Translations under genes and position numbers: made by a program
NCBI GenBank assembly: GCA_965220085.1
Contig: CBDCOZ010000003.1
Span: 1,321,683-1,385,682 of the forward strand
Direction of reading: 5' to 3'
Origin: Candidatus Oxydemutatoraceae bacterium
Lineage (GTDB): Bacteria > Pseudomonadota > Gammaproteobacteria > Poriferisulfidales > Oxydemutatoraceae
DNA length: 64,000 nucleotides
The notes under the pieces: generated by a model
Databases searched by the model: none
What the model was told of the DNA's origin: nothing
Seen by the model: the letters and a program-made list of their open reading frames with translations, nothing else
Shown here: one piece after another, positions 20,344 to 29,700 of the stretch
How positions within the stretch are numbered: the first letter of the stretch is position 1
Layout of the letters: each line of letters begins with the position of its first letter

Positions 20344-21183
20344 CTAAACGAAGAGCGCAATAAATATAGTTAGCGCCGCAACAATAAGAGCCGCTAACCC
20401 AAGGGAGACCATCACGAACAGATTTGTGATTTTTGCTATTTGATTATCTATTGCTGCTCTCGTCTCAGTTACTATTGCTTTCAACTCATCTATTTTTTCT
20501 TGGGTTCTTTCTCTGGACTCGGCTATTTCTTTTTGGGTGTCTGATCTGGACTTGGCTATCATTGCTTCCAACTTAGCCATTTCTTTTTGGGTTTTTGCCC
20601 CGGACTCGGCTATTTCTTTTTGGGTGTCTGATCTGGACTTGGCTATCATTGCTTCCAACTTAGCCATTTCTTTTTGGGTTTTTGCCCCGGACTCGGCTAT
20701 TTCTTTTTGGGTGTCTGACCTGAACTTGGCTATCATTGCTTCCAACTTAGCCATTTCTTTTTGGGTTTTTGCCCCGGACTCGGCTATTTCTTTTTGGGTA
20801 TCTGACCTGAACTTGGCTATCACTGCTTCCAATTTATCTATTTCTTTTTGGGTTTTTGCCCCGGACTCAGCTATCATTACTTTCAACTCAGCCACTGCTA
20901 CTTGCAACTCAGTTATGTCTTTTTGGGTTTCCGACCTATGCTTGGCAAATTCCTCTCTGAGCGCTGATTCATACTCGGCAATTTTTGCTCTAATCGCCGA
21001 TTCAAACTCGGCAAATTCGCCTTTCGTTGTCAGAGCGCTCAGGTATCTGTGCAACAGCGCGGATAGCTCGTTGGCAATCGTGCGCGCTTTCTCCTCGTCA
21101 AAGCCCACGCCGGTCAAGTTCTCAACGGAGCCATAAATAACCTCCGCTGTCTCTTCCACTTTTAAATCTTTGGTTTTTTTCAT
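20344..21183 (-). CDS. Tail-anchored coiled-coil protein with 29-aa tandem repeats and a C-terminal transmembrane helix
   Basis: The ORF track gives 20344..21204. I prefer the second ATG (MKKTKDL...) because GGAGGG sits 6 nt upstream of it. The protein is Lys/Glu/Ala-rich with heptad-like repeats: ESGAKTQKEMAKLEAMIAK[FS]RSDTQKEIA occurs 4-5 times. The C-terminal hydrophobic helix is ITNLFVMVSLGLAALIVAALTIFIALFV. G+C is visibly lower than in the flanking giant genes. Confidence 0.75.
   Translation of the reverse strand: MKKTKDLKVEETAEVIYGSVENLTGVGFDEEKARTIANELSALLHRYLSALTTKGEFAEFESAIRAKIAEYESALREEFAKHRSETQKDITELQVAVAELKVMIAESGAKTQKEIDKLEAVIAKFRSDTQKEIAESGAKTQKEMAKLEAMIAKFRSDTQKEIAESGAKTQKEMAKLEAMIAKSRSDTQKEIAESGAKTQKEMAKLEAMIAKSRSDTQKEIAESRERTQEKIDELKAIVTETRAAIDNQIAKITNLFVMVSLGLAALIVAALTIFIALFV
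20515..20880. repeat. 87-bp direct tandem repeat, 4 copies plus a diverged fifth, inside the coiled-coil gene
   Basis: The motif GGACTCGGCTATTTCTTTTTGGGTGTCTGA recurs at 20515, 20602, 20689 and 20776, a period of 87 bp (29 codons), with a diverged copy at ~20873. Confidence 0.9.
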
Positions 21184-21378
21184 GATTATCCCTCCGGGTT
21201 TCATAATAATAATACTAATTCAGAAGCTATAATCAATAGCCTTCGTGCCGGATAATAGCGCTTATTTCGGGAGTCACAACCAACTAATAGACAGGCGGTT
21301 TTAATTGTCTGACGAACGGTCTGACAGCGCCAATTCACAGCGTGATTTTTCTGCAAAGAAGCATTTGCGCGAGTGCCG

Positions 21379-21693
21379 TCATGACGCTCCCGTCGCAGGT
21401 AATCGCAGAGTCCGAGCACAAACGAAGGACGATGCGATGAGAGAGAAATCTTCGCGCTTGCACGAACTGTTGCAAAACTTTCCGCCCGCACTCGCGAGGC
21501 GAATCATGCCGGAAACATTTTGGCTTGCCCTCTCTAATCCTTGAATACCGCTGCCGCCCGCAATCTGTGTGATGCCCATATGTTGATACGCGCGCTCCCT
21601 GCGATGCCATTGTTTGTCTTTCAATGCTTGAAACACTTTATAAACTTTGCTTTCTTTGTCATGAAAGCGGGTTTCGAAATCCTTCGCATTCAT
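21379..21693 (-). CDS. Small hypothetical protein (~104 aa), translationally coupled to the upstream methyltransferase fragment
   Basis: The ORF track gives 21379..21768. A start at the internal ATG (MNAKDFETRFHDKESKVYKVFQALKDKQWHRRERAYQH...) is favoured because AGGGGA sits ~7 nt upstream. This ATG lies 1 nt after the methyltransferase TAA stop. No recognisable domain. Confidence 0.4.
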   Translation of the reverse strand: MNAKDFETRFHDKESKVYKVFQALKDKQWHRRERAYQHMGITQIAGGSGIQGLERASQNVSGMIRLASAGGKFCNSSCKREDFSLIASSFVCARTLRLPATGAS

Positions 21694-21694
21694 A

Positions 21695-22860
21695 TTAATC
21701 CCCTGTGCGAGAACAAGCCGCGGCATAAACTGTCTCGTCTTTCTCGTAGGCCAGCGCTCTTCTGCCAAGCTTGTTTGCGGCTATCAATGTGGTTCCGCTT
21801 CCCGCAAACGGGTCATAAACAAAATCGGCTTTATTGCTAAACAAGGCAATAAGCCGTTCCATCAGAGGAAACGGTTTCTGTGTCGGGTGGATGCGTTGCT
21901 GTGGCGACGGAGACTTACAGACAAACGCATTATGCGCATTCCTGCCATTAAACCCGGTTCCCGGCCTTTTGCCGACCGCTATGGCTTCCCATGCATTGAC
22001 AGGCTTAAATTTGCGGTTGAACGGAACCGGGTTGGTTTTTTGCCAGACGATTGTCTCTGCCGCAACAAACCCATGAGACTTCAAACATTCGCAGCGCTCC
22101 CCAATCTGCGCTTGGGCGCAAAAGGTCGCCGCCCGCCCGCTTTAGGGAGGAGAATGTCAAACCATTCCAAAGGTTCAATGCCGCCATCCCAATCCCCAAA
22201 ATTCCCTTTGGGCATAATAAAATCTTTTCCGTCTTTGCGTAATCGTCTGGGAACTTGTTTTTCACAAGCGTAAGCCTTGCTTATGCCGCAGGGAGGATCG
22301 GTCAAAAACAAATCCACTTCGCGGTCATCCGGTTTTTCCGCCGCCGCAATCCCGTCTCCTAACTTAAATGCGCAATTGCTGCCCTCTAACGAGGCGGGGC
22401 ATTCTTGCAATGCAAGTTGTTCGGATAGCAGTTCTTCGATTTGTTTTGTAATGCTCCGAATGTTTCCATTCTTCTCAATTTTTGCATCTTCGCGAAGGAA
22501 TAAGCGCTCAAGCAGCATCGCATGTCCGCTGATATCCTTCGCATATAAATCAATCTCCCATGCCTTTTCCGATTCGTTATAGACGGGTTCTTTGTGAGAC
22601 AAGAACTTCCTATGTCTCGGGAAGTTCTCCGTTATCCATTTATTAACAGATGCCCGTAATTTAATCTTCTGCTTGACTTGGTCGGCAGTCGCTATGCTCA
22701 CCGTATCAACCCCTCGCGGGTAATCCGCTTGCCATGCATTTGGCATGCGCCATGCCGGCGACATGCGCTTTGGCGGAATGATGAACGGCGCAATGACGTT
22801 TGACCGCGCCGGCGCGCGAAGGGTTTTCATCCGCAAAGAGGGCGGAGCCCTTGCGGACAT
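21695..22860 (-). pseudogene. Frameshift-disrupted beta-class (PF01555-like) N4/N6 DNA methyltransferase with an unusual DPPC motif
   Basis: Two overlapping ORFs in different frames make up the gene. ORF 22081..22860 carries ...DLFLTDPPCGIS...GDWDGGIEPLEWFDILLPKAGG and then leaves the expected sequence (RRPFAPKRRLGSAANV*). ORF 21695..22084 starts at a TTG and carries ...GFVAAETIVWQKTNPVPF...RIHPTQKPFPLMERLIALFS...VYDPFAGSGTTLIAANKLGRRALAYE (motifs HPTQKP and FxGSGTT). A single -1/+2 frameshift at about 22085-22135 (GC runs GGGCGGGCGGCG / CCCC) reconciles them. The true start is uncertain: GTG at 22701 with a GAGGGG SD is a candidate, and a ~150-aa N-terminal region of unknown function precedes the DPPC motif. 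Confidence 0.7.
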
Positions 22861-23012
22861 TTTTATGCATCGTTGTCCGCAGCGTTGTCTTTGTCATGTT
22901 TTCTATCGGCATGGCTTTCGCTCCGCCCTTGCCCTCGCGCATTCCTATTATGGCGGTTTTGCCAACGCCGCCCCTCTCCGGCAGCCTCTCCGCTCGCCGC
23001 GAGAGGGAATGC

Positions 23013-23760
23013 TTACCGGAGGGGGCCTTCGAGGAAGACGCGCAAGCGGATCCGGATTCCGACATCGACATCGGGTCGCTCCGTCGCCATAATGGTAATG
23101 GTCAGCATAAACGGAGCGGATACCACCATCTCGCGATTGGGTTCTCTGAACGAAGCCCGCACTATTATGGTACGCGTCTGCTCCGTCTCAAGGTCCGGCG
23201 CGTCGTTCGCCAATGTAATCGCGCCGCTGGCAGGGTCAATCGCGAACAAGCCGCCGGGGTTCGTCACCAAGTTCCACGTCAGCCCTTCCGTCACTTCCGT
23301 GCCCGCTTCGTCGGTCACCATAAGCCGGATACCCGGCACCGGCGCGCCGGCCCGCGCGCCCTCGGCAATGATACTGCCGGCGCCATCGCTGTCGGTAACC
23401 ATCAATGTCTCCAGCACATTGGTCAGGTTTATCGTCAGAACCAGCGTGGCCGGCTGATAACGGTCGACCACGGCGGTTACGGTGACGCTGTAAACGCGAT
23501 CTTCGCTTTCGTAATCCGGCGCGGCTTTCGCCAGCGTAATCTCGCCGCTGGTGGAATTGATTGCAAACAAGCCCTCCGCATCATCGCTCAAACTCCATGT
23601 CACGCCGCTGACAATGGCAGCGGAGGCGGCTTCGTCCCGCGCTTGCAATGTCACGCCCGATATCGCCATGCCCGCCGTCGCCGTCTCCGCCACTGTGTTG
23701 GCGGTCGGGTTGATGTCGGTTATCGCCAGCGTTGTGTTGGCTTGCACCGCGTACGCATAG
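23013..23760 (-). repeat. Cadherin-like repeat region (2-3 repeats) plus conserved C-terminal tail of giant protein 2
   Basis: TAVAET..AGMAISGVTLQARDEA...VSGVTWSLSDDAEGLFAINSTSGEITLAKAAPDYE...YSVTVTAV is followed by a second unit and then ERPDVDVGIRIRLRVFLEGPLR*. Confidence 0.7.
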
Positions 23761-26700
23761 GCGGCGCGGATCGCTTCGCCGCCGTTGACGACGGCCGCAA
23801 TATGATATATGTCTCCGTCGGCCGCGCCGGTCACATCATGCTTTGTCTCTTCCAAACCCGATGCGCCCGGCAAAGCGCCCCCGTTGCGGTAGATCGCATA
23901 AGCGACCGACCGACACGGGCTGCCGGCATCCCAAGGCGACGTATCCGGGGCCCTCCAGTTCAATCCGTGCACGCTCTCGTCATCGGCATCCGTTACCGTC
24001 GCGCTCACTCCTTGCGGGCCTTGGCGCAACTGGCAACCGAACTCTTCCCAACTCGGCGACGTAGCCGGATTGTCGTCAAAATCCGTCTTCAGCGCCGGGT
24101 ATTGTTCGGCGCTGCCGAAGTCCCAATAGTCGGCGTTGCCGGCATTCCAATTCGCATAGATGCCGCCATAGCCGGTCGGCGCCCGCAACTCGGCGCTCGT
24201 CTGCGCGAGCGGCCCGTTCGTCTCGGCGTTGCCTTCAATGATGGCGTAGGCATCATCGACCGCGGGCACGGATATGTCGGCAGCCCAATAGACCGCGTCA
24301 AACACGGTGGTTTGATTGCTGTTAAAGCCGGCGATACCGCCGCGCTCGGCGGCATCCGCGGCAATCGGCGCGACCGCGTAGGCGTATGTGAGCGTTGACG
24401 CGCCTATCCGGCCGACCAAACCGCCCGCCCGCGCATCGTCGGTGGCGCCGATGTAACCGGTCGCATAGACATGCTCCGCAACGGCGCCGTCCCCAAGCGA
24501 GCCGGCTATGCCCGCGACTTCCTGAGCAGCCGATGCGGCGCCGCTCGTGTAACTGCGCCGCAGCGCGCCGCCGCCGGCAATCTGCCCCGCCAACGGCGCG
24601 GCGCGGAGCCGCCCGCCGCTGACCGATACCGCCGAATAGACCTCTTCTATCGTCGTCCCCGCGGCCAAGCCGACCACGCCGCCGGTATCGCTGCTGTTAG
24701 CGCCCGCCGTCACCGAACCGGTCACGCCGAGATTGGAAATCGTCGTCTCGCCGGTCGCTCCGAACAGCCCCTGCCGGTTAGCATCGCGCTCGATAAACAG
24801 GTTATAGATCGCATGGCCTTTGCCGTTGAAAACGCCGGTGAATCGTGTCGCGGAATTGCCTAACGGCGACCAACCCGCGCCGCCTTCGTCACGGGTCCAA
24901 CCATTGAGTCCGGCATTGAGGATGCCATAATCGTTCGGGTCTTCAAAGTCCAAATCGCGCGTCAACTCATAACCTGTGCAACCGCCCACGGCGGGGCAAC
25001 CCATCCCGTCCAAAGCGCTCGCAAACGCGTGGGTCGCCGCGTAAGCCGCCGCATCGTCTGCCGCCGCCGAACCGTCGCCGTCGAGATCAAAAGCGACCGC
25101 GCCCAGTTGCTCCAGCCGCGTGATCTCTATCAGGCCATCGTCATCGACATCGTAATCGCGACCCGCGCGCACCGCGCTCCGACCCGCTTCGCCGCCGTCG
25201 ATGAGCACCGCCACGCGATAACTCAGCAGGCCCGAGGCATCGCTGTCGACATAGCGCCTCTCCGCGGTCACGCCCCGGGCGACGCTGCCGCGATACACCC
25301 GATACCTCACGCCCGCGGCCGGGTCCGCATCCGGCGCGCTCCACTCAAGAATGACGACGTTGCCGGTCGTCTGCAACGGCTCCAGTATCGGCGCCGCGCG
25401 CAACTGATTGCCGAACTCCTGCCACGTCACCTCGTTGTCGCCGTTGACATTCGCCTGCAACGCGGGATACTGCGCAGCGCTGCCGAAGTCCCAGTAATCG
25501 CTGCCATCGTCATCCCAAACCCCGTAGATGCCGCTATAGCCGGTCGGCGCCTGCAAAACGGAGGTCAACCTCCCGCCGAGATCAGACGTGCCGCCCGTAC
25601 CGCCGGCCAAGGCATTATTCAGACCCGAGGTCACGGTATCCCAGTAGCTCGGCGCAAATGTCGCGGCGCTGCCAGGCGCAGCGCCGCCGATACCGCCGCC
25701 GTTGGCGGCATCCGCGTCGATATAGGCGGTGGAATAGCCGTACTTCAGTTGCGCCCGACCGACCGCGCCGAGCAGACCGCCGGTCGCCGTCGTCGCGCCG
25801 ACAAAGCCGGTCGCGTACGCATGCTCCGCCGCCGTCGTAATCGCCGTAGTGGTGGATATGTCGTGCGCCGCGCCGATCAGGCCGCCCGCCTGTCCGTCGG
25901 CGCGCACCACGCCGGTGGCATAAGCCGCGCGCACCGTGCCGCCGCCGTGATAACCCAGCAAGGAGCCCGCCGCCTGCGCGCCGGTCACGTTGACCGACGA
26001 CCAAATCTGCTCCAATGTGCCGCCCGCCAAAGAACCGGCGATGCCGCCGACATTAGCGCCGCTCGCATCGATGTCGCCGATTACGCCGACATTGCGCACC
26101 GTGCCGGCGGCGCCGACGACGCCGAACAGCCCGCGGTCATCCCCGGCGCCGACAACATTCAAGTCGCTAACCGTTTCGCCGTTGCCATCCAGCGTCGTCG
26201 CAAAGGGAGCCTTCGCCGTGCCAATCGGCGTCCATTCGCCGTCCAGAGCGAGGCTGTTAGCCAGCTCATAGCCGACGCACTCGCTCGGGCAACCCATGCC
26301 GGGGACGGCCTCGGGGAAGGCCGCCCTATATGTCGGCGCGCTTGCCGTCGGCGAGCCGTCGCCGTTCAAATCAAACCGTATCGCATCAAACTGCGCCGCC
26401 GTCGCCACTTCTATCAGGCCGTCATCATCGGCATCGTAATCAATCAAACCCGACTCTGCCGCGCCGCGGCTCGCCTCGCCGCCGTCGATCACCGCCGCCA
26501 CATAGTAGAAATAGGATACGCCGGCGACCGCGGTGTTATCGACATGCGTCAGCGCCGAAGTGCTCGCCAGCGCCGGCAAGGCGCCGTCGCGATACACGTT
26601 GTACGCAAGCGCCGGGGGCGGGTCGCAGTGCGACACCTCCGGCGCCGACCACGTCAGCGTGCGCGCAGAAGCGAGACCCGATACCGTCAGCGCCGGCGCC

Positions 26701-29700
26701 GCGCGCGCCTGACAACCGAAATCTTGCCAGTTCGGCGGTGTCGCCGGGTCGCCGTCAAAATCAACCCGCAGCGCGGGATACTGCTCGGCATCGCCGAAGT
26801 CCCAGTAATCGGTCGCATTGCCGGCGGCATCGGCGGCATCCCAGTCAGCGTAGATGCCGCTGTAATCGGTCGGGAATTGCAACGCGATGCTCGTGTGCGC
26901 GCCGACGCCGGCAGCGAGATCGGTCGCCTGCGCCGAGGCGTCGCTGTCCCAATACGTCGCCGCAAACACGCCGTTGCCATCGCCGGTGACGCCGCCGCGC
27001 ATCGCGCCAATCGGCAACGCCGTCGAATACGCGTAGCGCGCGGTCGCGCCGCCGGCGAGGCCGATCAAACCGCCCGCGACCGGAGCCGACACCCTGCCGG
27101 TCGCATACGCATGCTCCGCCGTCGCCATAACGCTCGTGCTGTCGCCGATCAGACCGCCGCCCGAGCCCGTCGTCGCCGTCACCGAACCGGCGGCATAACT
27201 CGCGCGCACGACGCCGTCGCCCGCCAAACCGACCAAGCCGCCGACGGCCGTGTCGCCCGCCGCCGCCGCCGTCGCGTAAGAAGCCGACAGCGCGCCGCCG
27301 TTCAGACGACCGAGCAACCCGCCGACATTGTCGCCGCCCGACGCCGCGCCGGCGGCGGCGAGGCGAGACAACGCGCCGCCGCTCAGGCGACCGACGACAA
27401 GACCGACATTGTCGCCGCCCGCGACCGCGCCGCGCACGGCAAGGTTTGACACCTTGCCGTCGCCGCCGACCACGCCGAACAGACCCTGATCATCGGCGCC
27501 GCCGCGATCGATGCGCAGATTCGCTATCTCCAAACCGTTGCCGTCAAAGGTCGTCGCGAACTCCGTCGTCGCATCGCCCAGCGGCGGCCAGCCGGCGGCG
27601 CCGGCCCACGCCGTGCCCGTCGTGCCTTTGAAGTCCAGATCGTTCATCAACTCATAACCGACGCAGGTCTGATCCTTGCAACCCATGCCGCGCACCGACG
27701 CCGGGAAAGCCGCCCGATAGGTCTGCGAACTCGCGGGTGCCGGTTCGCCGTCGCCATCCAAGTCAAAGCGAATCGCGTACAGTTGTTCCGGGCTCTCTAT
27801 CTCTATCAGACCGTCGTCATCGGCATCGTAATCGTTCAGCGCGCCCGACGCCCGGCTGCCGCTGCGCGAAGCCTCGCCGCCGCCGACCGCCGCCGCCACC
27901 GCATACGCAAAGTCGTCGCCGAGCCGCGCAGCCGCGTCGGCGTAGGTCGTCTCGCTCAAACCGGTCGCGATCGCCGCCCGGTTGCGATACACGGTATACG
28001 TAACGACCGGCTCCGGCGACCAATGCGATGTCGTCACCGCCGTCCACGACAACTCGCGCGCGCCGCTGTCCGCGCCCGTCACCGGCGACAACGCCGGACC
28101 TTCGCGCAACTGATAACCGAACTCCTGCCATGTGGGCGTGCCGTCGTTGTCAAAATCAACCTGTAGCGCCGGGTATTGCTCGGACGTGCCGAAATCCCAA
28201 TAATCGGTCGCATTGCCGGAGGCATCGTTCGCGTTCCAATCGGCGTAGATGCCGGCGTAGCCGGTCGGCGATTGCAACATCGCGCGCACACGGGCGCTCG
28301 CGCCGGTCGCGCTGCCGGCCGTCGCCGTCGTCGCCGCCGCCGCGCTGTCCCAGTACGCCGCCATGAACGCGCCGCCGCCGCTGCCGATGAGGCCGCCGAC
28401 GACAGCGCCCGCCGGCAAAGCGGTCGCATAGGCGTAGCGCGCCGTCGCGTTGCCGCCGGCGCCGATGAGGCCGCCGGCGCTCGCCGCCGAGACATGGCCG
28501 GTCGCATAGACATACTCCGCCGTCGCCGTAGAACTCGCGCTGCCTCCGAGCAGACCGCCGCCCGCCGCCGTCGCCGACACCGCGCCGCTCGCATAACTCG
28601 CGCGCACCGTCGCGCCATCGGCCAAGCCCGCCAAACCGCCGACATAATCAGCGCCCGACACCGACGCCCGGGAATACGATTCCCGCAACGAAGCCGAGAC
28701 CGCCCTGCCGACGATGCCGCCGACGTTGTCATCGCCCGCCACCGAACCGACCATGCGCACACGCGTGACGGCGGCGCCGCTCTCGGCGCGACCGACGATG
28801 CCGCCGACATTGTCGCCGCCCGATACCGAACCGCTCACGGACACGCGCCGGATCGCGCCGTCGTCGCCGACGACGCCGAACAGACCCTGATCGGCGTCGC
28901 TGCTGCGATCGATGCGCAGGTTGGCTATCTCAAAACCGTTGCCGTCAAAGGTCGCCGCAAACGCCGCCGTCGCATTCCCAATCGGCGTCCAGCCGGCGCC
29001 GCGCGTCCACGCCCCGTTGTCGGTCGATGTCATGTAGTGCGCGGCGTTGTCAAAGTCCAAACCTTGCGTCAACTCGTAGCCGACGCAACCGCCCACGGCG
29101 GGGCAACCCCGCCCCGGCGGCGCGCCGACAAACGCCGCGGCGTAAGCCGCCTCATCGCCCGCCGCCACGACGCCGTCGCCGTCCGCGTCATATGCCATCG
29201 CCGCCAGTTGCTCCAATGCGCTGATCTCTATCAAACCGTCGTCATCGGCGTCGTAATCCAGCACGCTCGACGTCGCCGCCGCGCGCGCCGCCTCGCCGCC
29301 GTCGATCACCGTCGCGACCTGATACAGATACGAGCGCACCTCCGGCGCCGTATCGTCATGGCTCGTCCCGCCGATGACCGATGCGATCTCGCTGACCTCG
29401 GCATACTCGGTCGCCTGATTCGCGCCGGTGCCGGTGGTAATCCGATAGACCGTATAACGCACATCCGCCGACGCGCAACCCGCTATGCCCGCCGTCTCTG
29501 CGGCGCTCCAACTCACGGCGCGCCGTTCGCTCGCGCCGCTCACCGTCAAATCGCTCACGCCCGAGCGCAACTGACAGCCGAACTCTTGCCAAGTCGCCGC
29601 ATTATCGCCGTCAAAGTCCGCCTTCAGCGCCGGATAGTCGTCGGCGCCGCCGAAGTCCCAATAGTCGGTCGCGCCGCCGTCGTCCCAGTCGGCATAGATG

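Noticed and set aside
21201-21491. ORF 21201..21491 (96 aa) and plus-strand ORFs 21305..21544, 21541..21840 in the island
   Set aside because: Short, overlapping better-supported minus-strand genes or intergenic DNA, with no RBS or motifs. Left unannotated.
19600-23000. Looked for CRISPR arrays, tRNA/rRNA genes and integrase/transposase genes in the low-GC island and the 62.7-63.4 kb AT-rich stretch
   Set aside because: No regularly spaced identical direct repeats with unique spacers, no tRNA-like cloverleaf candidates and no recombinase-like ORFs were seen. The only regular repeats are the 87-bp coding repeats and the DnaA boxes.
22706-23071. Minus-strand ORF 22706..23071 (121 aa) between the methyltransferase and giant gene 2
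   Set aside because: It overlaps the 3' end of giant gene 2 in another frame, with GC-rich low-complexity sequence and no motif. Likely spurious.
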